Shown piece by piece: positions 17,601 through 25,152 of a stretch of DNA of 32,000 bases (the stretch's first letter is position 1; each line of letters starts with the position of its first letter). Source of the stretch: Nitrososphaerota archaeon (GTDB taxonomy: Archaea > Thermoproteota > Nitrososphaeria_A > Caldarchaeales > Calditenuaceae); NCBI GenBank assembly GCA_041641295.1, contig JBEPYO010000001.1, positions 485,262 through 517,261 of the forward strand, in the 5' to 3' direction. The position numbers were made by a program, and so were the translations under genes. The notes beneath the pieces are model-generated. The model worked only from the letters and a program-made list of their open reading frames with translations. It was not told the origin of the DNA and searched no databases.

Positions 17601-18025
17601 CTGCTCAGCGGACAGATAGAGGACTTAACCATGATGGGGATCGAGCCGATAAGAACGCGCTCAGCGACGACTACCGGCTTATCATCAACATATAGGCTCA
17701 TCTTGACATAGATTGGCGCCGCGTAGGTTAGGTTTCTCAGCCTACACTCCATCGGCGTTACGTCCTCCCTTACCATCCCGTCGATCTCGACGATCCTCGG
17801 AGACCCTATCTCGACGCTCTCGAACTTTAGCTCGGCTTTACCCCTCGCCTTAATCTCGACAGGGCTCATGCTCATTATCAGGTTCTTGAGGCCCTCTTTG
17901 ACGAAGTAGTCGTACGACATTAGGTGGTGGTTGATTAACCCAGCGTCGTCGATGTAGGCCTCGGCTACCTTCATCAGGTCTTCGGTTGTGAGGACTGACT
18001 GTTCAGAGGTTGGCTTTGGGCTCAC
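14630..18025 (-). CDS. rpoB: DNA-directed RNA polymerase subunit B, unsplit
   Basis: 1131 aa with [59 protein letters not shown], and C-terminal zinc site [10 protein letters not shown]...CPVHG. GTG start overlaps the rpoH stop (GTGA). Confidence 0.97.
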   Translation of the reverse strand: MSPKPTSEQSVLTTEDLMKVAEAYIDDAGLINHHLMSYDYFVKEGLKNLIMSMSPVEIKARGKAELKFESVEIGSPRIVEIDGMVREDVTPMECRLRNLTYAAPIYVKMSLYVDDKPVVVAERVLIGSIPIMVKSSICPLSRMTPEELAAIGEDPLDPGGYFIINGSERVIVAIEDLSPNKVLVTVKDQKENPQYSAMLLSSSQGRMSKVEVTYKPGGPIKVFFSRIYKGIPLIVMLRALGLTKDSEIVNLISNNSAIQELLEPSFREAEGVETADDALVYIGNRIAFGYAEEYRKQRAEQMIDNIFMLHVGTTPDARYKKGILLCDIVGKLLETSVGLRKPSDKDHYGNKRLKLENPLLTELYRMALTKLIRDIKYQLEKSMASRYPITISPFVKPSIVNDVVIHAFATGNWPGGRVGVTQLLNRTNYLATISHLRRVQSPLSRSQAHFEARDLHGTHWGRICPVETPEGANSGLVKNLALGAEVTVPLSQQDRIELKRRLVDLGMVGVFVALDERRRGRKKTYGAKVYLDNELIGYHPDGRALVRELRALRRKGEISPAVNICLNEYPHIQEVEIYTDEGRVRRPLIVAENGVPSISRAMIESLSNGTFRFRDLVSIGAVEFLDASEEENVLVALSPESLTPNHNYLEISPLLTMGAVASIIPYSNHNQSPRNVYEASMAKQALGVPLTSLNLRTDSRLHLLVYPQKPLVSTRFTKRLSLTERPIGQNLVVAVLTGYGYNMEDAVVLNKSSVERGVGYSISYRTYEVEAKQYIGGEKDRLGIPEPSVRGYRGEQCYRALDTDGLAFPESEVVGGMAIVGMVSPPRFMEEYMRAPAREMVWRDSSEVVKPTEAGVVDTIFVTKTLEETTLVKARIRTDCFAEIGDKFASRHGQKGVVGMLFPQADMPYTASGIVPDLIINPHAFPSRMTVGQLIESLAGKLAGLKGEEIDGSPFIGKPLEEIKAELEALGFKGTGTEVMYDGLTGRKYEVEIFVGVVYYQRLHHLVRDKIHARSRGQVQILTRQPTEGRSRGGGLKFGEMERDCLIAYGASYLLLDRLLEQSDKYSAYFCEKCGLPAYYDLKQNQLICPVHGKDFSGVQVSMSYAFFLLLNELLAMCIYPKLIFEEVGGS

Positions 18026-18276
18026 TCCTCCCTCACCACCAGTCTATAATAGTGTGAGAGACCGGCTGTGGGTGACCTTCTATGTATCCTAAGTACGTCG
18101 CCGGGCTTGGCACCTATCTCACGCACCACTGGGTCGCTGGCAAGTATCCTCGGAAGCTCGTTTAGGGTGATCCTGTATCTGCTCAATAGTTCCTGTACCT
18201 CCTCCTGGCTCATAATCTCGTGCTTCGGAACCAGCTCATGCTCAAGTATCGAGACCGTCGACGGCACCTCTTTCAC
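18022..18276 (-). CDS. rpoH: DNA-directed RNA polymerase subunit H (Rpb5 C-terminal homolog)
   Basis: 84 aa: [70 protein letters not shown]. Confidence 0.95.
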   Translation of the reverse strand: MKEVPSTVSILEHELVPKHEIMSQEEVQELLSRYRITLNELPRILASDPVVREIGAKPGDVLRIHRRSPTAGLSHYYRLVVREE

Positions 18277-18531
18277 CTCAACCTTTTTAGATTTAGAAGA
18301 CTTCTGGGGCAGAATACACCACCATCCCTATAACCAGATTCACTTGGTGAGAAAAAGTTAGAATCCCTTTATTAACTTATCCTACCCCGCTGCGAGGCGC
18401 ATAATAGGGCCATAGGCACCATGCTTGTTCTGCGGGCTACGTAGCTATTCAGGCTGCGGGGCTGGGCTGTAGACTCATTGTTGGGGGCTGAGTCAAGGAT
18501 TATGTAGAAGGGAGCTTCGATTTGGCCTGTG

Positions 18532-18873
18532 ATGCAGGAGTTCAAGATCAACCTTACAGAGAGGGCCGCCCTCAAGATCAGGGAGTACCTAGCTGGTGAG
18601 GGGGAGGGGCTGGCGCTCAGGGTGTTTATAATGGGGCAAGGGTGTTGCGGATACCGCTACGGCATGGTTCTAGACAACGAGGTTTTGGAAGATGATATTG
18701 TCGTCCAGGACAACGGTGTTAGAGTTGTTGTGGATAAATACAGTGCATCACTCCTCGCTGGCTCCGAGATAGACTATGTAGAGAGTGAGGGGTTGGAAGG
18801 GTTCGTCGTGAAGAACCCGAACGAGCAGTCGACCTGTAGCTGTGGTAGACACCACCACTCTATGATTGAGTAA
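18532..18873 (+). CDS. A-type Fe-S carrier (IscA/HesB/ErpA family)
   Basis: INLTERAALKIREYLAGEGEGLALRVFIMGQGCCGYRYGMVLD...GVRVVVDKYSASLLAGSEIDYVE...CSCG. C-terminal CxC as in HesB-like proteins. Confidence 0.88.
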   Translation: MQEFKINLTERAALKIREYLAGEGEGLALRVFIMGQGCCGYRYGMVLDNEVLEDDIVVQDNGVRVVVDKYSASLLAGSEIDYVESEGLEGFVVKNPNEQSTCSCGRHHHSMIE

Positions 18874-19345
18874 GGTACTGGCGGGCATGGAAGTGGGGGA
18901 CACCTGCCCAGACTTCTCCCTCCCTTCGACAGAGGGGGAGTTCAGGCTTAGTGAGAGGCTTGGAAAGAACCGCTACATAATACTCTACTTCTATCCAAGA
19001 GACAACACCCCCGGATGCACATCAGAGGCTTGTAGCTTTAGAGACAACATGGGTGTTTTGACAAGATATGGAGCTGAAGTCTATGGGATAAGCACCGACG
19101 ACCTTAAGAGCCACAAGAAATTCGCACAGAAATACAACATAGCCTTCCCGCTGCTCAGCGACAAGAACGGCGAGATATCACGACTCTTCGACGCGTATAA
19201 TAGCATTTTCAAGACGGCGAAGCGAAAGACCTTCATAATCTCCCCTGACGGTAGAATAGTCAAAATAATAGAATGGGTTAAACCGGAGGAGCACGTTAAA
19301 CTAGCTATCGAGTTTCTTGAGAGGGAAGCTCAGCGGGCTATCTGA
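18866..19345 (+). CDS. bcp: Peroxiredoxin, Bcp/AhpC-TSA family
   Basis: VGDTCPDFSLPSTEG...ILYFYPRDNTPGCTSEACSFRDN...GISTDDLKSHKKF...FPLLSD. The start may be ATG 18887 instead of TTG 18866. Confidence 0.93.
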   Translation: MSKVLAGMEVGDTCPDFSLPSTEGEFRLSERLGKNRYIILYFYPRDNTPGCTSEACSFRDNMGVLTRYGAEVYGISTDDLKSHKKFAQKYNIAFPLLSDKNGEISRLFDAYNSIFKTAKRKTFIISPDGRIVKIIEWVKPEEHVKLAIEFLEREAQRAI

Positions 19346-19590
19346 ACCCTCGCCCTAACCTCCTTGACTATCTCATCAGCAGTCGGGAACCTACCTCCCT
19401 GCTCCTTCCGCGAATAAACTTTCTTATCATCTATGTAAACATCAAAGGTGCCGCCGTCAGATGTGTCGAGGGTTACGGAGAAGCGTTTATTGTACTCCAT
19501 GCCGAATGTCTGTAGCAGGTGGTTTGCGAGCTCCATCGCCCTCGGAAGATGGCCACACGGCACGCAGTAGACTATCCTAACGTTGACCAC
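19330..19590 (-). CDS. Rdx/SelW-family thioredoxin-like protein (selenoprotein W homolog with Cys)
   Basis: VRIVYCVPCGHLPRAMELANHLLQTFG...VTLDTSDGGTFDVYIDDKKVYSRKEQGGRFPTADEI. CxxC redox motif in SelW context. Confidence 0.85.
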   Translation of the reverse strand: MVNVRIVYCVPCGHLPRAMELANHLLQTFGMEYNKRFSVTLDTSDGGTFDVYIDDKKVYSRKEQGGRFPTADEIVKEVRARVQIAR

Positions 19591-19688
19591 GTATGATTTG
19601 CGGAATTCTTAATTTATTAACGTTATTTCTTTACCAAGAGTCTACAAGGTTTATATCCCCTGCCACAGCAGACCAGTTAGGGGGCTCA

Positions 19689-19805
19689 ATGCTGAGTAGG
19701 CAGACGGTGGAGGCCGAGGAGTGTCCTCGGTGCCACTTAGAAGTCCCAGCTGGGACAAGAAGATGTCCTAGGTGTGGCTTATGTATAGCCTGCTCCAGCC
19801 AGTGA
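19689..19805 (+). CDS. 38-aa double CPRC zinc-ribbon-like mini-protein
   Basis: MLSRQTVEAEECPRCHLEVPAGTRRCPRCGLCIACSSQ. A TATA-like tttatat at about 19650 sits 33-39 nt upstream of ATG 19689, arguing against the longer ORF-track start at 19593. Confidence 0.6.
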   Translation: MLSRQTVEAEECPRCHLEVPAGTRRCPRCGLCIACSSQ

Positions 19806-19813
19806 AAAGAGTC

Positions 19814-20794
19814 TTAGACCCTGACGCATATTTTTTCCTCGAGGGCGTAGGCGTTGATTCCGAGGCGCCTCAGGTGTCTAGCAAGTGTGGATGAGAATCC
19901 GTATATTGTGAGGACTGTCTTATAATCATGGTTTTTCGCGTATGATACTAGGCCGTGGAAGTCTGAGTGGGCGGAGAGTGGGAAGTAGGCGTCGAATCCC
20001 TCCTGCCTCGTGGTGAGGACCCAGCCTGTGGCGAGCGCCCATCTGACACGCCTGTTTGCGAGCTGGGAGATGTCCCTCCGCGCAGAAACGTAGACCGCAC
20101 CACTCTTGGCAGCCTCATCGCCCTCCCGGGTCCCAGCCTTTAGGAAGTCCAGCCACCTGAACGTGTTCTTATAGACCATGGAGATTCTGTAGATCTCGGG
20201 TGTGGTGAGGACTGGCACGTTTAGCGTCTTGTTGATGAGGGCGACTATTTCCTGAGCCTTGCCGGCCGAGTAGACCTTTAGGGCGGGTATATCGCCCCGC
20301 GCTAGGGTCTCTTTCACCCACTTGATAATCTCGTAGTAGATTCCCTCCCTGTCCGGGAATTTGTAGATGGGGGAGCCGTAGGTTGCCTCTATCACTAGGA
20401 CATCGGCCTCGTCCTGTTCTGCACCCCTCTGAAGGATGTTGTCATAGACGTTCATGTCGCCTGTATATAGTATGGAGAGGCCGTCAGCTTCCAGCTTAAA
20501 CATGCTTGAGCCGAGCATGTGCCCCGAGTTCAGGGCAGTGAGGTGGATGCCATGTGGTAATTCTATCTTAACCCCGAGGGGGGATTCAATGAATCTCCTA
20601 TAGTATTTTTTGCGGGAGGCGAAGATTTTATGGGTCTCGCCCGTCATGACGTTGAGCTCTGTGGGCGAGCCTGCGTGGTCCATGTGCGCATGGCTCAGAC
20701 ACCTTAACCCCTGCCCCTCCGCAGCGTCAAAGAGGATCCGCGATCCGCGGTCCTCGAAAACCGGCGCAGCCCCCTCCATCCTTATCAGAGGCAA
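19814..20794 (-). CDS. MBL-fold exonuclease/RNA-processing factor-like protein (beta-CASP-like, COG1236 type)
   Basis: LSHAHMDHAG (HxHxDH), LNSGHMLGSSMF, ILYTGDMNVYDNIL, LVIEATYGSP, FPLSAHSDFHGL. The start (TTG 20794 or ATG 20779) is uncertain. Confidence 0.8.
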   Translation of the reverse strand: MPLIRMEGAAPVFEDRGSRILFDAAEGQGLRCLSHAHMDHAGSPTELNVMTGETHKIFASRKKYYRRFIESPLGVKIELPHGIHLTALNSGHMLGSSMFKLEADGLSILYTGDMNVYDNILQRGAEQDEADVLVIEATYGSPIYKFPDREGIYYEIIKWVKETLARGDIPALKVYSAGKAQEIVALINKTLNVPVLTTPEIYRISMVYKNTFRWLDFLKAGTREGDEAAKSGAVYVSARRDISQLANRRVRWALATGWVLTTRQEGFDAYFPLSAHSDFHGLVSYAKNHDYKTVLTIYGFSSTLARHLRRLGINAYALEEKICVRV

Positions 20795-20928
20795 GTCAAG
20801 TATTGGAGAGGCAGCCGCTTGATAAAAATTTAGGGATTGGGTCTCGGAGAGGTTTTACGTCTCTTAAGCCTATTGCGCTTCCGATGGGATGGAAATCGTT
20901 TTTAAGAGGTGAAACGAGGCGCTAGCAG

Positions 20929-22251
20929 GTGTCTTTGCTCAGGGATAGGTATGATAAGGCTGTCGAGGCTTCTGGCAGCATTCTATGCCTTGGACTCGAC
21001 CCGCCGCCGTGGGCCTACCCGGAGCCTAGTTTGAGGCTGAAGTTCTGTCTCGACAAGATCCAGCAGCTCGGCAGGTTTTGCTCCGCTGTTAAGCTGAATG
21101 AGAATCATGTGCGCGGCCTGGGGGAAGACGGGCACAGAGCTATAACCGGGTTGGCGAAGAAGCTGAACCTTTTAGCGATTCTGGACTGTAAGCTCGGAGA
21201 CATCGGCGAATCTGCTAAGGCTGGTGTAAACACCATCGCGAGGTTAGGCTATGACGCCTTTACCCTCAACCCCCTCTTCGGCAATGTCAGAGAAGTGGTA
21301 GAAGAGGCGCATAGGCAGGGGCTAGGCGTGTTCCTTCTCGCCCACCCATCAAGCAGATACGGCGAGAAATACTTCCGTCGCGTGGTGAATGGTGAGCCGC
21401 TCTACTGGAGGTTTATTGAGGAGGGGGTTGAGGCTGGGGTGGACGGATACGTAGTCGGGCTTTCACCTAGCCTCGGTGAGGAGGAGATAGCCGAGATTAG
21501 GAGGAGGATAGGAGAGGAGGCGATAATACTCTCACCCGGATTAGGCGCACAGGGAGGAGACCCAACGCCCATGATCAGGGCCGGCGGTGAGAGGATACTC
21601 ATCAATGTGGGCCGGTCGATAATACTTGCAGAGGACCCGGCCGTCGAAGCGGCAGGCATCGCTGAAACCCTCTCGAGCCGTAGGGAATTCATCCTCACCA
21701 GTAAGGCAATAATTGGGACGAAAGGAGTCTTGAACATATATGAGAAGCCGGTCCAGCTCTCGAGCGGCGGGTGGAGCCGTCTCTACATCGACTGTAGGGC
21801 GCTATACTCCGACCCAGTTTCGAGGTCGCTCATAGCAAGACTCATGACTGGGGCTATATCCAGACGCGTCGGCAGGTCCGGCTTCGAGATAGCGACCACA
21901 GCTACTGCAGGAATACCATTGGCGAGCATTGTGGCAGACAGGCTTGGCGTGGGACTTGTATACGTCAGGATGGAGAAGAAGGCGCACGGGCTTGAGCGGA
22001 AGGTGGAGGGAGTGGTTAAGCCTGGGATGCTCTATGTAGGCGTTGACGACGTGGCCACCACTGGTAAGAGCGCGCTTGAGTGTGTGAAGGCAGTGCGGGA
22101 GGAGGGGGGAGTGATAAACAAATACTTTGTGATCTTTGATAGGGATGAGGGCGCCGAACAGCTCCTCCGCGAGGCTGGAGTTGAACTCTACTCTCTCGCC
22201 CGTATGAGTAGCGAGTTCCTGACCATGGCAGGTGTTAGCGATAAGCCCTAA
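20929..22251 (+). CDS. pyrFE: Bifunctional orotidine-5'-phosphate decarboxylase (N-term) / orotate phosphoribosyltransferase (C-term)
   Basis: N-terminal ILCLGLDP...LAILDCKLGDIGESAKAG (ODCase DxKxxD) and ILSPGLGAQGGDP; C-terminal ATTATAGIPLASIVADRLGVGLVYVR and the PRPP loop VGVDDVATTGKSA. Single frame. GTG start with TATA-like gtttttaag about 30-40 nt upstream. Confidence 0.93.
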   Translation: MSLLRDRYDKAVEASGSILCLGLDPPPWAYPEPSLRLKFCLDKIQQLGRFCSAVKLNENHVRGLGEDGHRAITGLAKKLNLLAILDCKLGDIGESAKAGVNTIARLGYDAFTLNPLFGNVREVVEEAHRQGLGVFLLAHPSSRYGEKYFRRVVNGEPLYWRFIEEGVEAGVDGYVVGLSPSLGEEEIAEIRRRIGEEAIILSPGLGAQGGDPTPMIRAGGERILINVGRSIILAEDPAVEAAGIAETLSSRREFILTSKAIIGTKGVLNIYEKPVQLSSGGWSRLYIDCRALYSDPVSRSLIARLMTGAISRRVGRSGFEIATTATAGIPLASIVADRLGVGLVYVRMEKKAHGLERKVEGVVKPGMLYVGVDDVATTGKSALECVKAVREEGGVINKYFVIFDRDEGAEQLLREAGVELYSLARMSSEFLTMAGVSDKP

Positions 22252-22263
22252 AAATACGGGGTC

Positions 22264-23331
22264 TTATCTGCTCCTTACTATCAGGTATTCGGCCAGTGAG
22301 CGTAGAAGTTCTTTCGCATGGCTTGGCCTCAGCTCAGGCTCTATTGCATTCCACCCATCCTCTACGAGGCGTCTAGCAATGGACTTGCTATACTCTATAG
22401 CCCCGCTAGACTTTATCAGCTCTATCGCCTCGTCTATCGTCGCCCTGTCTGCTGTCTTCAAGCCTAACACCCTCCGAAGCTTTTCACTCTTCTCCCTAGG
22501 GAGTGTTCGCAGCGCGTGTATGACCATTAAAGTCCTCTTACCCTCCCTCAGATCTCCCCCAATCTCCTTACCGTAGAGAGACTCGTCTCCTATAAGATTA
22601 AGGAGGTCGTCCTGAATCTGGAACGCAACCGCGATGGAGGAGGCGAACCTGCTGAATTTCTCCTCAATCGCGCTATCCACGCCGGCCATTAGGCACGCAA
22701 TCCTTACTGAGAGTCTGGCGAGGCTTCCGGTCTTTAGGTCGCACATCAGGAGGTACTGCGACTCATTAACATCCCTGCCAATTCCTCTATGCCAAGCAAT
22801 GTCTAGGGCCTGTCCCAGGCTTAGTCGGAGCATCTCCTCCACGTAGATTTTCAGGAGGGCGGTTTGTACAGCCTCGGGGATGCGGATTTTCGACAAGACG
22901 GCGGCAACTGGGAGATAGTATAGAGTGTTACCGGCATTTATTGCGACATCCTCGCCGTATATTCTATGTATACAGGGCTTCCCACGTCTGACCTCGCTGC
23001 CATCCTCCACGTCATCAACTATCAGTGTCCCATTATGTATCAGCTCAGGGATTGTAAGCAGCTGCACTATGTCCTCGGCACGGCCGCCGAGGGCCTCGTA
23101 GACCAGCATCCCAAGCGCGGGCCTCCATCGCTTACCACCCCTATCCAACAGATCCCATGCAGGCCTTGTAACAACCTCGTTGAGAGAGTATACGTCTATC
23201 TCTCCGTAAGATAGACCGGCCACCCTTCGATAATAGTCCTCCCCGGGTGTTCTGGGGAAGAGTTCCTCGAGGGCCTCGTTGACGAGCCTCGCATAGTTGT
23301 TTAGCTCCTGCTCTATCTCCACATATGGCAA
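22264..23331 (-). CDS. Polyprenyl (geranylgeranyl-type) diphosphate synthase
   Basis: GGKRWRPALGMLVYEALGG, first Asp-rich motif LIVDDVEDGSEVRRGKPCIH, and second motif FQIQDDLLNLIGD. Confidence 0.92.
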   Translation of the reverse strand: MPYVEIEQELNNYARLVNEALEELFPRTPGEDYYRRVAGLSYGEIDVYSLNEVVTRPAWDLLDRGGKRWRPALGMLVYEALGGRAEDIVQLLTIPELIHNGTLIVDDVEDGSEVRRGKPCIHRIYGEDVAINAGNTLYYLPVAAVLSKIRIPEAVQTALLKIYVEEMLRLSLGQALDIAWHRGIGRDVNESQYLLMCDLKTGSLARLSVRIACLMAGVDSAIEEKFSRFASSIAVAFQIQDDLLNLIGDESLYGKEIGGDLREGKRTLMVIHALRTLPREKSEKLRRVLGLKTADRATIDEAIELIKSSGAIEYSKSIARRLVEDGWNAIEPELRPSHAKELLRSLAEYLIVRSR

Positions 23332-23374
23332 ATGCGTTGAGACTGGTAATAAATTGTTGCTCCGCGTCGAGGGG

Positions 23375-24157
23375 CTAAATTGTTAGGCCATTCCGCCTTA
23401 AAAACTCGGATGTCTCAGCCTCAAGCTCCTCCATCTCCCTATCCCTCCTAACCTTCTCGGCGAGGTATTGCCTATATGTGGACCGAATACCGACATACTT
23501 CAAGAGATACCCCTCAGCTGCAAGCTTCTCTGAGGCTTCATCAAGATACTTCTGAAGCTGCTCTCTCCTAGGCTCGCGATATGAGTCGTACATCAGCACC
23601 AAATCGAGAGGCATCCTCGGCCTCGTCGGCGGGTTCTCACCAGGCGGACCCATACAGATGAAAAAGAGTGGCGCCACCCCACCCGGGATGTCAAGGATCT
23701 TTTGGAGCTCCAGTCCAAGCTTAAGGGGCCAGTCGAGGATGACTGAGGAGTACCCTATGGCCTCGCCGGCCAGTATCAGATTCTCCGCGAACAGGCCGGC
23801 CTCGAATATAGCCTCCACAGTCTCTATAGGGTTTGGCGGCCTAGCCAGGGTGTGATCTGGCTCCAGCAGGTCGAACAGCATTCGCGTCCTTCTAAAATCT
23901 ATGCAGAGAAGCAGCAGAATCGGGGCCTGCTTAATGATGTTGTCCTCCGTCAACTCGTATATCTTTTCCCGGAGTTCAGGCCTCTCGATGTTGATTACAG
24001 TGTATGACTGGTAGACGCACGGTGCCCTCTGGCCCGCCTCCACCAAGAGTTCCAGAATACTCCTGCTGGGCTTCGCATCCCTGAAGACTCTGATTGATCT
24101 CCTCCGAAATAGGAGGGCGAGAACTCCATGCCTCTTCCTGGGACGAGCCGCCACCAT
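23375..24157 (-). CDS. Nitroreductase-family flavoprotein
   Basis: RRRSIRVFRDAKPSRSILELLVEAGQRAPCVYQSYTVINIE...EAIFEAGLFAENLILAGEAIGYSSVIL...FFICMGPPGENP. Confidence 0.82.
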   Translation of the reverse strand: MVAARPRKRHGVLALLFRRRSIRVFRDAKPSRSILELLVEAGQRAPCVYQSYTVINIERPELREKIYELTEDNIIKQAPILLLLCIDFRRTRMLFDLLEPDHTLARPPNPIETVEAIFEAGLFAENLILAGEAIGYSSVILDWPLKLGLELQKILDIPGGVAPLFFICMGPPGENPPTRPRMPLDLVLMYDSYREPRREQLQKYLDEASEKLAAEGYLLKYVGIRSTYRQYLAEKVRRDREMEELEAETSEFLRRNGLTI

Positions 24158-24270
24158 TAAGTCACCTGCCTCTGAGTATTATCGGCCACTAATTAAGCAG
24201 GCCGCAAAGGGGGTGCAAGTCTTATCCAGTAATATTTGGGTGGTAGCACCTGAGCACTAGCAGCGTGCCC

Positions 24271-25149
24271 CTAGCCCTCAGAGACCCACGCGATAATCTC
24301 CTCCACCGACCTAGCCAGCCTGAACTTTCTCCGGAAGAAGGTGGCTATGTTCTCTATGTCCCGTCTCAGATAGAGCTCGGCGTTGGGATGTGATGGCCCC
24401 ACCCACTGGGGCCAGTCAATTATCACGTGCCGCTCCTCGGGTGTGATGAGTATGTTGTAGTGGCTCAAGTCGCAGTGGATCACACCAGCTTCAAGAGCAG
24501 CTTTAACGGATTTGATTATCTCCCACAGCAGGGTTTCGGGCTCAGATAGCTTATTGACATGGGCCAGCAGCTCACCCTCGATCAGAGAAGTGACGACCAT
24601 GTGTCTGTTACGATATACGGGGGCTGGAACCGGCACTCCCTTAGGATATAGGATGCGGAGCGCCTGTATCTCGCGCTGGGCAGACATCTTCGAGGACGCG
24701 AGATAGTTTGCAGCCTCAAGGCCTACTTCCCGGAAACGCCTATGCTTCTTAATGCTTGTCCTGCCAATCCTGTAGAACTTGACTCCAACGACATTCCCCT
24801 CCCCAGTCCGTCCGATGTAGATGTCTGCCTCCTTCCCAACCCCTATTTTGACGCCTATGTGGGTGAGTATTCCACGCCTAGATGCGCTGTGCAGTGCAAG
24901 CATGTCAAGGCTGGCGAAGTTTAGCAAGTATTCGCGGCCCCTTCCGCGGGGGGACCAGACAAGCCTCCTCCTGTTCAGCTCCCTCAGCATCTTCTCGACA
25001 TAGTCCAAGCCGAGCCTAAGCGACTTGGCGATAGCCTCCGGGGTGGCTACACGCCCTTGGTCAGCCATCCGCTCAATTGTTTCCAGTACCTTGAACTCTA
25101 TCTCTGAGAGGCTTCCAACGAGGCTGGCAATCCGCTTCAGCTCCGTCAT
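24271..25149 (-). CDS. rio2: RIO2-type serine/threonine protein kinase
   Basis: N-terminal wHTH, then IGVGKEADIYIG...VGVKFYRIGRTSIKKHRRFREVG...IHCDLSHYNILI...HVIIDWPQWV. Confidence 0.94.
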   Translation of the reverse strand: MTELKRIASLVGSLSEIEFKVLETIERMADQGRVATPEAIAKSLRLGLDYVEKMLRELNRRRLVWSPRGRGREYLLNFASLDMLALHSASRRGILTHIGVKIGVGKEADIYIGRTGEGNVVGVKFYRIGRTSIKKHRRFREVGLEAANYLASSKMSAQREIQALRILYPKGVPVPAPVYRNRHMVVTSLIEGELLAHVNKLSEPETLLWEIIKSVKAALEAGVIHCDLSHYNILITPEERHVIIDWPQWVGPSHPNAELYLRRDIENIATFFRRKFRLARSVEEIIAWVSEG

Positions 25150-25152
25150 CGG

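Noticed and set aside
18372-18575. 68-aa minus-strand ORF in the rpoH/IscA intergenic region
   Set aside because: It runs into the start of the well-supported IscA-like gene and has no family-like pattern or clear ribosome-binding site.
19593-19688. N-terminal extension of the zinc-ribbon mini-protein
   Set aside because: It contains the probable TATA element and a hydrophobic segment unrelated to the zinc-ribbon core.
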